A stretch of DNA of 55,930 bases, counting the filler, from Bipalium vagum (lineage: Eukaryota), in the NCBI GenBank assembly GCA_037834085.1. It is 3 parts of 3 records of this genome, joined end to end, with 100 filler letters (N's around TTAATTAATTAA, not from the genome) between each part and the next. Parts side by side here need not be neighbours in the genome. Positions count along the whole stretch, not along the records: positions 15,912 to 36,335 come from JBBMKC010253504.1; 2 more parts are not named here. One strand, given 5' to 3'. Position 1 is the stretch's first letter; the number at the start of each line of letters is the position of its first letter. The notes under the pieces are model-generated. The model searched no databases, was not told where the DNA came from, and worked only from the letters and a program-made list of their open reading frames with translations. The translations under genes and the position numbers were made by a program. Below are positions 20,101-34,800 of the stretch, piece after piece.

Positions 20101-23100
20101 TTACAATTCCAATAAGCAACGATACGATTACTTTTTGAATGAACTGGGAGTCATCCAGAAAGTTAATGTGAAGAAATTAAGCTAACGACCGGTAACGACA
20201 GGAATATCTTTGTTTTCTGTACATAGCACTGGGTAAATTAGAGGATGGGGGCTCTCGCTTATATTATCTCACAACGGAAAAATGATAATTCTTTCTGGAT
20301 TCATCAATATATCGAGTTATCTGGCATTCTGTTCCACCATATGGCAAACTAGAAATTTCTCAAAGAATCCAATTCCTACAGGTACTCATAGACATTTGAT
20401 TAGAAATATATCGGAGTTGTAGACCGCACCTATACCAGGGACGCTTCGTAGTATTCACTTCCCATAAGAGCATCATTCCATCTGCTAAGGTAGTTTTCTG
20501 AAACTGAAATAAAAATCTTGAACCGGAATGACCATCCGGACCACTGAAAGAGGATCGAAACTCGAACAGTTTACATTTAATATTAAAATAATTTCTCAAT
20601 CTCTAGTTTTAAATTGAATAATAATAATAATAATAATAATAATCAATTGAGTTTTAACCAGTTTTTATTATAGTTACAATTAATATTGAAAACCAGTATT
20701 AAGAGGATAAAAAACCCTGAAAATTTAAAACTTAAAAATAAAATTTCGAGGTTTCCATTCCTCCATGCACTACTACTTTTTATTAGTTTATTTTTTTCTA
20801 ATTTTGATTAAAACTTCTTGTTAATAATACTGGATCTAATATTATTTTATTTATTTCATTATATATATTTATATTTTAATATAATTATTTGAAAAAATTG
20901 ATCATTTAGATTTTTTGTGACCCAAAAATTCTATAATTATTTATTTTTAAAAATTGTGAGTATGGAGGGAAGACAAATGTTGAATGTATGTATTGACAAA
21001 AGAGGCGACCACGCTAGTTATTAATTGTCAAATAATAAGTGTTTGTATGATGACTAATACACTTTTTTGTTGAAATCTCGTTTTATAATATTGTAGTACC
21101 TTTTTGTGGATAAGTATTTTTTGGAGAAAAAGCAATTTCCATTTTTCAAAGATGAAAATAGATTCGAAGTAGTTAAATTGCCTCTAAATATTTGAAAATC
21201 CATTCTGAAAAGAAAATTCGGTTTCTTCAAAAATTTCGCTCATTTTAGGAAATATTCTGCTAATTATAATAATAATAATAATAATCGTTTATTTCAGTTT
21301 GCTATATTATTTTATTAACTTTAAATAAAAGACGAAATTTTCATTTTCTCAGTTTTTGTAAATTTACAAAATTATTATTTTAATGAAAAACTATTATTTA
21401 TTTTAAACATTTATTTGTTAATTTTTAAAAAATTTTTATTAAAATACTTCAATAAATATTAAAAAAAACTACTTAATTAATTTTAAAAATATCAAGTATT
21501 TCTAGCAAGTTGATTACCAGAGATAATGAGCGCTAGTAGACACTTTGCCATGGTGAAGGGCTATATTTTGTTGATATATCTGTATATGACTGAACGTCAC
21601 AGAAAATCTGATCTAATAACACTGATAGTTATATGCTACTATCTAGCGAATGCACAGATTGTTAGTTTTGACTGAAAATTAAATCACGGAAATAATTGAT
21701 GCGACAGTCAACAGTTGAAATATTAATGATTGGATTTTCTTTAAAAATGTAAGCCAGAATCATGTAAATTATTTTCTTTGGTTTTAGTGTATTTTTCTTC
21801 TTCCCCTTATTTATTTTTGTTAGAAAATCTCAAGAAATCTGGAAATTATAAAAAATATAAATTATTGAAAAAAATGTAACTGAAGAAAAGAAGAAAATTA
21901 TGAAAACTTTATTTATGTTAATTTTAAAAATATAATCGTATAAAAAGGAATTAAGGAGAGAAATATTTAAAACCAAAAATTTTCATCGAATTAAATGAGA
22001 AAAAATAACGCTTATTTTTTAATAATGTTGGGTTAGACAAGGGAACATTCCTTTTAACCCTCTTAAATTATCTTTTGAAGACCGCTAAAGGTCTAGAATA
22101 TTGATAATAATTATAAATTATTTATTGAGTCTATAATACATTTGTGTCCTCAATGGACTGGCACAAAAAAGAGAACGAATAAAATTTGTACCTTTTTAAA
22201 TATTTATCGGATGAATTTTTCAGAAGAATTTATTGAAAAAAATTTGTCAAAAGACGTTATCGGAAAATTTTGTCCGAGGAATTTATCAGAAAACAGTCGT
22301 GGGAAGAAAGAGATTTAATTTGCTGAGTATTTGTTATGCCCAATTTTATGCAACAGGAGCCAACGATAAGTGAACAAGATTAGGATCATTAAACGATCAT
22401 TGGACCCATCGTCTTCTTGATTGGTGAGATCTGTATGCATTGTTTTTTTCTTTTTTGTTTGTTTATAATTAATATTAGCCCTATTAATTAATATTTTTTT
22501 GTTAAGTATTTTGACTAAACTTTTACTGATGCGTATATTATTGATAATTTGATTGTTTTGCTTTTCAGTATTATTTTATTGATTCTGACTATTTGAAACA
22601 TTTCACCTTTTGCTATTGTGTAATTACTTTTGTGTATTTGTGATTAAAGGAATTAAATTTTATTGTAGTCGTTTGATTCAATTATTGTGAAAACGTTATT
22701 GACAGAAGTGATAGGGCCAGTAAAGTTACGAGCTAAGGTTATGAATAGTTTCATAGTAATATAAAAGCGTAACAATAAAGATAGTGTATCTTTGATTTTG
22801 TTTAGTTATATTTATACTAGTCTTGATTTAGAGTTTGAGTCTGTGATCAAGTTGCTCAAATTAATTACGTACCGAAGAAGAGAGTTTCTAAAAGGCGACT
22901 GATTGGAAGAAACGAGATCAACAAACATAAAGCAGAAACTTCACTATTAACAAATAAAAAATTAGAAACAATATCATTTAGGATTTATCCCGATATTACC
23001 TAATTAAAAACTTAATCAACAAATTGCGTGATAGTTTTGTTAAAATAAATTTTTTGATATTTATTTTTGCTTTTATGAAGACGAAAGTAAAAATTTTAAT

Positions 23101-23829
23101 TTCATAAAACAGCGTAATAAAATTAATGATCAGTCACGTAGTTTTCTTTGTGATAAGCAATTCACAACAAGGTCATCTTCAACTGTAACAAAGAAATGCA
23201 TGAATAACAACAAAAAATCCTTTGTTTAGATATGACTTAACTGACTTTGTCTGAGTAATAGATTATTTCAAAGGAAATAAAAAAAAAATTCTGGAAAGCG
23301 AATATAAAAACATGATAAAATCGAAATGTGACCAATTATCTTGTCACCATGAATCTATAAACGATCAATGAATTAATTGTTAAAAATATTAATGGTTAAG
23401 TTAAATAATAATTCAGTAACAATTCTTTATTTGTAATAAAGCTTATAATAAAAACCAATTTTTCATTTCTTCAAACTTGTTTTCAGAATATCTTTTCCTT
23501 TTATTGATTTGTATCAATCTAATTAATAATAAATAAATAAATAAAAATCCAGTTCATTGAAATATTTTGCTATTTTGTGCACCTAGAGATGAAATGTAAC
23601 AACAAAATTTTCTCTTAAAATAACTTCATTATCTGGAACTAAGATGTCAAGGATCTTGTTGATAAGCTCATTTTCACTTGTAATTGTCAGTTTTCGTAGC
23701 CTCTGTCTAATCTCTGTTCCTAGAATTTTAATTGGGTTCATATCCAGAAAACTGGATGTACATTTTTATTATTGACTGATGTTAATTAATAGATACATAT
23801 ATATCTTTTAGTAAAATCAGTGTCACATC

Positions 23830-24270
23830 TACACATGGATAATTCAGAAGAGAACCGAATAAGCATCATTTCTTTTTATAAGTGTGCTGGTTTGTCACAA
23901 ATTAATTTGCCACAGTCTACAGTCATCAGAATGATTAAGCGGTACAATGAGACTGGAAATTTTATTCACATTGATAAACCAGGAAAATTTGGTATAAAGT
24001 GGCTATTAATGATGTATAATAACCTATTAATTCTCAGATCAAGTATGAAAAGCGCTCGACTAACTGCTGTTCATATAAAGAAGTGAGTTCACATTTATCA
24101 GTCCAAACTATCCGAAGAAGGTTCAGTGATAGAGGAAGAATGTTGTAAAGCCAATTCCAAAAACAAACATCCATCAACAAGAAAATGCATTTACCATGGA
24201 CAAAACAACACAGACAATGGACAGCCCAACAATGGAGAAAGGCTGTATTCTCGGATGAGCACACAAAATA
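23830..24270 (+). mobile_element. Tc1 transposase N-terminal remnant
   Basis: LPQSTVIRMIKRYNETG, VQTIRRR, WTKQHRQWTAQQWRKAVFSDE. Confidence 0.85.
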
Positions 24271-26714
24271 GTAATTTCTTAAAATATTGATATAAAAAAT
24301 GAATATATTTTCTAAAATGATCCTAAATTTTATCAGTCTTTGTTATGTAATAAAAGTTTTAATAATTAACATTTTGATCATACAAAAAATAATTGATCAT
24401 ATCAAACAGAACGGAAATCATAATCAATTCAAATTTTTTGAGTTTTCATATATCATGCGTTAATTACATAACTTTCGTAAATTTTCGTGCTTTTTGTCCA
24501 TATGAATTTCAGTTAAAATTGCAAGATCATTTAACCACCGAAATTTTATCTTATTTAATTCATAAACACTTTAAAAATTTATTAAAATTAATAAAAGAAA
24601 TTTCAACTAAAAAATAATTTTAAAGATTTTATTTTGCGAACAAAATTTGGCTAAAAATGGTAGCGATAAATATTGTAATAATAAAGAAATCATAAAAGTA
24701 ATATTCTAAAAAAAAGAGTTAAATAGTTAAATTTAGGGTCTGTATTAATTAGTAATTATTTTCATAATTGATTTAATTTAATTGACATAAGATTCCTTAA
24801 GAGAAGTCCTAAATAAGACAGGTTGAATAAAAATCTGAAAAAAATATATTTTCCAGATCTTTTATCAAGATCACCACCGTATTATTATTATTATTTAACG
24901 AAAATTAATTATACTATCACTTAATAAATCAAAATCAATCTTTAATTAATCAATAATTAATTAATTGATAAAAAGATAAAGTGTTGTTTTTCGGAAAATA
25001 GAGATACAAGAAATTATTAAAATTCAAATTAACTAAATAAAAATTAATCTTATTTGTTAAAACTAAAATGTGATAATCGGATCAATTTTTTCCTTTTACC
25101 TTAAGTGAAAATTGAACTTAATTTTTAAATTTGAATATATTTATATTTTTGAATGAAACTACATTTTCTAAAATGAAACTGTTTTCAATTAATATTTAAT
25201 TATTTTTCTTTCAAAAATTTGCACTAAATAAATTAAGGAGTCTGGGGTCAAAGTTGAACACAGGCCTACTTGTACTGCTAAAATTAGGTGTTTTAACAAT
25301 ACAATTTTTGGAGATTATTTTATTTTAAGCCAATAATATTTTGTGAATTGCGATAAATTACGATAATTAAATTGTATATTTACGAAATCGAATATATTTA
25401 TTCAGTTCTCGTTTTGTAGACCATAAAACTTTGAAATTCAAATATCTCCCGGTTATTCTTTTTGAGATTTTCTTTAAAAATACATTTTTTGGTATAACAC
25501 GTTACTCCCACCATACAGTTAAAAATTAAATTTTAATTTCCATAAACTACTTCACTCTTCATAACCAATTAGGAATATCAAAAGACATTTGATAAAAAAA
25601 AATTTATCTCAGATTTTCTTCCGTTTCACTGTCATTTTAAGAATAAAACCAAATATTCGCCCAGCTTTGGTAATTTGGGATATTTCATTTTCATTCTGAA
25701 AATAAACTTTAAAAACTGAATAATTAATTTCATCTTTGCTTTCTTCGGATGCTAAATCTTTCCCATATCAAAATATTCTCTCAGACAGACTTTGAGGAGT
25801 TTCCCAAGGAATTATTCAATAATATTAGTGATTTATTCTACCTTGAAATCATTTCCTTTTGAATTAACTTAGTGTCGTAATACACTCATTATAAATGTCA
25901 ATTTGACCAGGTAACGGATATTTAAATAGATAATCTAAAAGGAAAACCTGAGACCATAATACCTTTTACAAGTTATTATAATGTGGAATGTCATCCACAT
26001 ATTTAAAGGATATAATTTGAAATTTCACTTTTCGCTGTTCTTGTACATCCATCATTGAATATCAATCCGTGACAGAATATAAATAAATCATTATTCTATT
26101 TTAATGATTTTTAGATGTATAATAAAATAAATAAATCATTGTACTTTAGACTATCCCTACATATTCAATATGAAAAGGCAAAAATGAGTTTTGAGAAAAA
26201 TAATTTTCAGAAAAACCAATGCCACTTGTTTTAATTCATGCATGTAGCACGAGAAATTTTCCCAATTAATTCCTAAAGATCAGAAATGATCCATTAAGTA
26301 TTCTGTATATTTTCATTCAACAAAAGCTTGATAAATCTAACCTCATTTCCCACTTTGATTTTCAGTCTACATTTTATACAATGAAACCCCAAAATGAGGC
26401 GGAAAATATTCATTTATACAAATCGATACGCATATCTTAATCATTCCAATTCCACCCCAACCCCTCTCGTTTACAATCAATTATCGACACGAATGACTGA
26501 CGACGATCTCTGATCATTACATAATCAACATTTAACCCGTGTGCATCCATGCTTCAATATCTTCATCGATTATCAATAAAAATTCGATAGATCTTGATAA
26601 AATAAAATTCAAAAGACACACTCAGTTTGAGAATTAAGATATTTATTTTAGATATTTTATTTATTGATTTTTTCACTATTCGACATAAAAATGATCTGAT
26701 CTTGTGTGGCGGAA

Positions 26715-27776
26715 TCACCGGAACCGTTGCATAGACATCATTGTGTTCATTCCGCGCGCGTTCTCGTTGATGAACTTACCGATCGAAATGAAATTGAATT
26801 TGATCAATAAGCCCAATATTGCCATCAGGATCTGAAATTGGTAAAAAGAAATTGATAATGGTGTTTGAATTTTTCAATATAAAATATCATCGATCCGTCG
26901 TGAAAAAAAACTGGGTGGGGCAAATGACTCACTTCGATAACGATCACGAGTATCACGACGGAAAATAAGACGGGGCTGACGCTGGACGTCAAAATCGGAA
27001 AACATCCGTGATCCTAAAACGATAAATTTATTAATCGATAAAAACGTGAATCAATTTTTAAGAAGATTTACTACTATATCGATTCCCGTTGTGTTCAATA
27101 GCTTGTTATTGCAGGCACCAAAGGCTCGACAGCACGATTTTGGAAGGGCTTTGAAGTCGTCACTGTATTCTAGGTAGCTGGTTTTGCCGCAGCAACTCAA
27201 CTGTAGGTGTCGGAAATCAATGATAAATAGAGATTAATCAAATCAAAACAGCCCCACAGAATATTGCAAAATGTCCATATATCGCACGAATCTTGTTCCC
27301 ATGTACTCCTTCTCGTCGACCAGGGCATCCGTCAGCAGTTCATCGACACTTTTGACCAGCTAATGAAATGTCTCGTAAAAAACCAATCTGTTCTATATAA
27401 ATGTCAAATCTCACAGTTTTCCTGAAAATGCTGCCCACTACCAATGCGCTGATTTGCAGAACAAGGAACATCAGGACAAGAACAGAAAATGCTTTGAGAA
27501 ATTTTGTGTTTCTTTTCCTTAAACCATGGAAGCTCAATGAAGAGTATGTGATGATGAATAGACCAATTGTTAGTAATATGGAGCTTAATATGAATATTGA
27601 ACTGGTAATGGTAAAGTTGACCAACCAAAGGGTCACAAGAAAGTATGATGATAATATTATCATAAACAATCCGATAACCTTAATATATTTATTAATAATA
27701 ATATACAGGATGTGTTAATACTTACCAAGTTTATGATATTGAATGCACCTAAAGCTATTTTTAAAAAATTCCCCAT
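26715..27776 (-). CDS. Tetraspanin (~245 aa, 6 exons)
   Basis: Exons 27776-27726, 27678-27415, 27359-27258, 27200-27075, 27013-26933, 26831-26715, all phase 0 GT-AG; four TM segments; EC2 with LQYSLSCCG, LPKSCC and HGC. An alternative 3' end via a GTAAG donor at ~26780 is possible. Confidence 0.93.
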
Positions 27777-28855
27777 TTTAAAAATATTTTAAAATATTTT
27801 CGGCTTCGCTATTCAAAATGTATAACATTTAAACAAATATTTAAAATTAAACTGATAATTTTTTCATTTTATTATAAAGAAAGTATGGAACTTATTTATT
27901 TCATATTGAAATTTTTACATAACTCAGGTGTTGAGCACTTAGTTTAATAATAATCGAATATTTAATTCATTAAAATTTAATTTATCAATTTTAATAGATA
28001 AAAATTTAAGATCTCATTAATTATAAAAGGTACATAAGAAATTTAACAATTCACATTAAATTAAATTGTTAATTTCTTAACATTTTTAAAATTATACCTA
28101 ATGAAAATTTTCAATTAACAGTACTTCAGACAATTAAGAACATATAATCTTACGAAATATTCCCTTAAATTGATATGTTTTTCAAAACTTTGTCAAATTA
28201 AGTTGATTTATCGTTTTATATCAAATTAATTTCTCTTTTAATAATTCTGTGGTTAATTTTTAACACAAAATAGATCATCAAGGGGTCAATTACTTATCGG
28301 ATCAAGTTTCTTTTGTTTCGTTATCAATTTTTTTAGAGTAAAACCTAGAATATCACATTACTGCCAAAGAAATATTATTAATATTTGAAAATTATAATGA
28401 AAGGTGTACATTAAGAAAAAAGCAATGAACTATAAAATTAATATTTCAATATTAAAAATACAATGATTATGTATAGTCTATTATTTTAGTTAACCTTCTC
28501 AAAAAAAGATTGGTGGAAAATGTTGGAAATATTGAATTCAAATTAAATTGATGATAATATATAAAAAAAATTTTAAAATTTCTCTAAAATATTTTTTCCA
28601 ATTGAATCATTTCTACAGAAAATATTCATTGTGATCATTATTGATAATATATTTAATGATTTTTTAAAAATTTTATAGAATTTATCAAATTTGGATAAAT
28701 AGATTGTGCATATTAATATATCAATTAAATGATTGATAATAATTATTCATTAAATTATAATTGATTCATAAAGCTCGCTCATTTCATCAATTTTTCGTCA
28801 CATAATATTAAAATTTGATATGATAATTTAGTAATTTAATATTTTAGTATATAAA

Positions 28856-31800
28856 ATGCCACGAAGAATCATTTTTGAAAAACCAATGTACTTGAGAGTT
28901 CTATTAGTTTTATCAGTATTCTATTTTACCTTCGTAACATGTCTGATCCCAAGGATTTGTAGTGCTAATGCCACTCTTGAAGTGGCAATTTGTTGTCCAC
29001 AATTACAAAGTAAGACTTATAGGGTTGTTAATGTTTTTTACTTAGAGAATTGCTTTTTCATTGATCAGATTTCTCAGGAGTCTGTGGAGGAATAGAAAGA
29101 GGAACTTGTGAACAAATAAAATCACAAAGAGATCATAAGTCACTGAATTATGTTGTTAATACAACGTTGGAAGACGATGACAGACTCAACTGGCCAAAGA
29201 GATTCTTTCATTTTATGTGTTCCTGCAAAAAGAATTTCGCTGGTATTGGTTGTGAGACTTGTAAATTTGGATGGTATGGTGAAAAATGTGGTGATAGATT
29301 ATCAAGAACGAGGAAAAATATTGTGAAGTTGACTGATTATGAAAAATTCATCTTTAGATCGGTTCTCAATATCAGTAAATATCAATTGTCGGAATATATG
29401 ATTTTAAATTCGACTTCTCATTCTCATTGTGATCCTGTGAATCCGGAAACGATTCAATTAATCAATGCATCAATATATGACACAATGGTGTATTTGCATT
29501 TTTATTCCTCTAGAAGTACCATATCTAAAGATGAAATGGAATCATGTACTACATCTGATAATATACTTAATTTTGCTCACAAGGTAGGAAGGGTTCATTC
29601 TTTTTCATTTATACTTTGTTTCATTTATTTATATTAAACCTTTTTATAATAATAACACATCTGGCATTCAACAACTTGTTCAATTCTTTGATGATTCTAG
29701 GATTCTGTGTACATATATCAATATTTTAGGGCCCAGCCTTTTTCACTTGGCATCGTTATTATTTGTTAATGTTTGAAGATTTGCTGGGAAAAATCGCTAT
29801 TGAAAAATTTCAATATTTTAACTTCAGCCTACCTTATTGGGACTGGATCAATGAAACTTCATGTACAATTTGTGTCGATGATTTGATGGGGTCAATACCT
29901 ATTAGTGTTGAAAAGTCAGGAATTGGACTTGACAATTGGATCCCTATCTGCCCTCAGATTTCACAAGATTTTGATTGTCATATTTGCGATCCGGGTTTAC
30001 AACAAACTTCATTATGGAGGGAATATTCACATACAGTAAAAAGACTGCCGCTACAGGAGGAAGTAGATGAGCTACTAATAATAAATGAATATGATTCTGA
30101 ACCTTTCAATTCGGAAACATACAGCCGAAAAAGCTTTAGAAATTTAGCTGAAGGATTTGTTCGAATGAATCCGAAAATCAATGATATAAAGATTAAACAG
30201 TTTTTTTCAAATGTGCCTAATGAAAATGTCTTTATGCATAATATGGTTTATTTTGATACATAATTTAATTAATAATTGATTAACTTGGTAGGTTCACTCG
30301 TTTATCAATGGAACTTGGTTGGATCCAACGACCAGTCCAAATGATCCCTTGTTTTTATTACATCATACCTTTATGGATAAAATATTAGAAATGTGGATAC
30401 TTAAGAATCCCCAAACCACGGTAAAATTATATTAATTCTACCACGAATCTCATGGTTCTTTCTACAAGGTTTATTAGAGTTTCAAGCGAAAATACTGAAT
30501 ACTTAACAAAAATATCAATATTGGACATTAATCTTTATTTCGCGGCAATATCTAAAATTAACGAAATATAAAACTTAAAAAAAATAATAATGACCGAATT
30601 AAAAATAAAAATAGTTTTTGGATTTGAGAAAAACATTTTAAGAATTTTATTATTTTACTTCTTTTCAATTGGAAATGGTCACAAAAAGTTTTTCAGACCC
30701 AAATGAATTAAAAAATTTTATCTGAAGAAATAAGAGAACATTTATTAAAACACAAAACATTACATTTAATATGAAAATTGAATAACTTGTGCGAAAAAGG
30801 TTAACTTCTACCTGGCCAGCCAACTCAGCAAGTAGTTTCACCAGATCACTTCGAAAGAAAGTGATGTTGTGAGTTTGGTGGAATTACTAGGGAATTACCA
30901 GTGGAATTACTGTGCACTGGGAACTTGTTCCGGATGGTCGAGCTATCGATAGTAAACTTTATGCTGAACAACTACAGCTAGTTCATGATACTTTGAGCAC
31001 TCGTTACCAAGCATTGTTGAGTCGCTGTAGAGCACTCCTACAGCATAATAATGCTCCAGCTCATACATCACGAATAGTGAAGCGGAAAATTCAGGAACTG
31101 CAAGGCAACGAAGTCATCTCCTACCCAGCGTATATCGCGGATCTCGCTCCTTCTAATTATCATATGTTTCGCGCTCTCTCACATTTTTTACGAGTGAGAC
31201 GCTTTGGTTCAGAGGAAAAGCTCAAAAATGGATTTGCCAAATTCTTCAAAAAACCTGATTGGTATCGCCATGGAATTGAGCAATTTGCAGAAACATGGCG
31301 TCGGGTTATAGAAACAGATAGACTATATTTTGAGGATTAATGTGATCTGTGTTAAGCAAATTTTGTAAATTAAGTATTTGCTTAAAAAGAAAAAAAACCT
31401 GATCCCGTGATAATGATGTTGAAGTGTGTAAGTAAAAGTGGATTTAACGATTTAAATAATATATAAAGTTCATTTAATTTTGGAACATTCACAATTAATT
31501 GAGGCTAGAAATTTATAATGTGCTTTAATTTGAAATTTTGCAGAAATAGTGAAAATATAGTTTGTTGTCGAGATTTGAGCCCAATGGGGGGGGGAGTCAA
31601 GGATGAAAATATTTTTATTAAAAGAGATACCACAAAGTATTTTTACGGTGATATCTTTGAGAAATTAAAAGGTACCAATGTCGTATTTTCCAAAGATTGC
31701 AATTGTGGCAAATTGGAACTGATTATCAAAAAATAAAGTGTATTCAAATTGTAAGACTGAAATTGACAATAACAGAAACTTGGTTTGTGAGATGAGTTTA

Positions 31801-34800
31801 CTTCGTTTTTCTCTTTCATATTGTTCAGTCCAGTCCATGTTGCACCATCAGCTTTATCAGTTATATATTTGATTTTTTTTATTTTGCGAAGATTTCAACT
31901 ACGAAGTCACGAAAAGGAACATTACGCGGCATATTTAAATTTAGTATTTTAAAGAATAAACCTAGTAGCGAATTCACAATATCATATTTCTCTTAAAACT
32001 AATTGACTATTTCATGATCAAAAACATCAAGCTATCACCGATCAATATAATAAATACCAAAATGTTTTTTTTCGTTGCAGCTATACAAAGAATGTCGGAT
32101 AGATGTATGAAAATTCATGGGTGCAACCTGAAGTTAGTAGGATGACAAAATGGGTTGTTCAGGAAGTTTTGTGTCAACAAAACAAGTGTTAAAAGATTAA
32201 TGTAAATAAATTAATAATAAGTAATAATTATTTCTTTATTAAAAATATTATTTTTTTAATAGAGACAAATTAGTAAAAGTATAAAATTATATTAATATTT
32301 TTTGGTTTTTATTAATTTCTAATTATAAAGTTCTCTATACCAAGAATTCAATTGATATTTGCAAAGCAGTTCTTGATATATAGTTCAGATATTTTTTCAT
32401 GAAGTCCATTCAGAATTACTTGGAGACATTTTCCTTTTGTCAAGCATTACATGTTACAGTAAAATATGCCTTGGTGATATTTTATTAGAAATTGTGATTA
32501 AGGTCTAGTAATAATAAGAGATTTATTAATCAACTATATTGTTGATAATTATCCAGAGACTAGAAAATCTATTGCTTTGTGTCACTTGTAATAATAGTTC
32601 TGAGAAAATTTTGAAATTTTTGTCTCATTGAAAATATTTTTCAAATGTCATATAATAATAATTTTCATACTGTATTATTACTGTTAGGAGAAAAAAGAGT
32701 TTTTTGTGACGAATTGTTATGAGCGATGAAAAATTGATTCATTTACATTATGTTTAACGAAAGAAATCATGGCATGATCCAGGACAGACATCAACTCCCA
32801 CCATAATGATTATGATAATAAATTTATGCTTTGTATTTTGTGGGATATGGAAGATGTCATGTACCACGAGCTTTATGAAGTCGAAAGAAACAGTTACAGG
32901 AAAATGATATCAACCTCAAAAAAAAAGATTAAATGATGAATTGATTAGGATAAGATCTGCAATAGACAGTAATCGAGGGAAAATCTTTTATTTGCATAAC
33001 AATGCGAGATCATATCTTTCTTCAAGCAAATAGTCAGACCTGCAATGGGAATTTTTTCTGTACCCAGTGTACCCTTCAGATATAGCTCCAACAGGTTTTT
33101 ATTTATTCAGGTCAATGAAAAATTCTCTGGAACAAATGAAATTGAATTCGTACAAAAGATGTTCAAAATTTGGTGTCAAATTTAATTCATTCTAAAGAAA
33201 AATCATTTTATCGCCGTGGAATAACTATATTAACAAATTTACTGGAGAATTCATTTTTAACGATAGAAAATATTATGATCGATTTTAGTGTGTCAATTGT
33301 CATAAAATAAAAATTAAAAGTTGTTTAAAAACTGAAAACTTAATACACTCTCCTCCTAATATTTGAAATTTATCATCATTTTAGATATCAAAGCAGTTAT
33401 TAAGGTTACCGAAATTAATAAAAAATATATTTTGATAAAAAATAACGTAAAATATTTCTGTAATTTTTGAATATTTTTTTTTGAACTTTTATAAAATATT
33501 TATTAATCATTTTATTAGTTTCCCAATAGTTCTAAAGTTTCACCTGGACATCATTTTATTGACAATTTGGTACCATTCATACCTATCATTAAAAATGGAA
33601 ATATGTTCAAGAAGTCAACAGCATTTGGTTATGCTTATGATGATTTTTACTTGGGAAATCATTTGGTATTTAGTAAGTTTAAATTCATGGTTGTCAAAAT
33701 TATGAAACCTTTTAATAATCCTCGTCCTGGTTTTTCCTTAATATTAAAATTTTTAAAACATAAATCATGATTATGTAAAAGGAATATTATTTACAATTTT
33801 ATTCATAGTGGGTGGGTGAGATAAATTGGCGAAAATGTTAAGGTTCTGTACAAGAATAAAAATATTGTTAAACCAAAAAAATAATATATTTAAAGTAAAA
33901 AATACATAAAGACGATCATTAATGATTGATTTGTTCAATCCTTAGCAGCAATAATTGCTTCAACTCGGCTTCGAAATCTGCAGCAAGCTCTAACTAAGTT
34001 AACCTTATTGTGTGTCACTTTTAAAGAGCCAATTGTCATACAAGGCTCATTATTAACATCTCTTTCGTCCCATACACAATATTCTAAAGTATTAATGTCC
34101 AGTGAGCTTGCAGGCCACATATCCTTTTGCCAGAACTCAGGAACATTAGCCCGGAGAAAATCTTGAACCTTCTTGGCGTTATGTGCAGGTGCACCGTCTT
34201 GTTGGTATATAAAATGACGCCCATTTGACCACTTTCTTCATCTATGGCACAACGACATCCCTGAAAACTTCCAAGTATACATTTTTTGTTTATCTTTAAG
34301 CCTGGAGAGAAGAAATACGAGTTCATGATATCCCTTCATTATATTATGAAATATTTTTTGAAAATCAGATTGAAAATTGAATTAATACTTTTATGAATAA
34401 TATTTATTATGTTAAATTTATTAATCTTTATATCCTCAAAAGTAATAATATACCAAGTGTACCTTAAGCATTTCTAACTTAAATATTTTAAATAAATTAC
34501 TTTATTCTGATTTTGAAGTCTGTTTGAATTAACAGTTTTAAAAAATTGGAATTTATTTTCCTGCCTTTTGTTCACTGATGAATCATATTAATTGAAACAA
34601 TGATTTGTTCCTTAATATTTGGCTTTTAGTATTTTTCATCTCCCGTTATCATTCGATGCAGAAAATCCTTCTTATCTTGGAAGCAGCATTTCAAAAATGC
34701 TTTTTCGGCGCTCTATATCCCTTTCCTTTAATTGTTTTCTGATCACCTCCAGGTTCTGAAGCATTTTCAAAATGCATTGATATCTTAGTTTTAGTGTAAC

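Noticed and set aside
20110-20600. GC-richer block with ORF 20360-20599 next to pPolB-B
   Set aside because: No recognisable motif in any frame; probably an unrelated decayed insertion
27401-27718. ORF 27401-27718 (+), and similarly 10374-10565 (-) and 29978-30181 (-)
   Set aside because: Antisense shadows of real exons of the tetraspanin, TRF-like and tyrosinase genes
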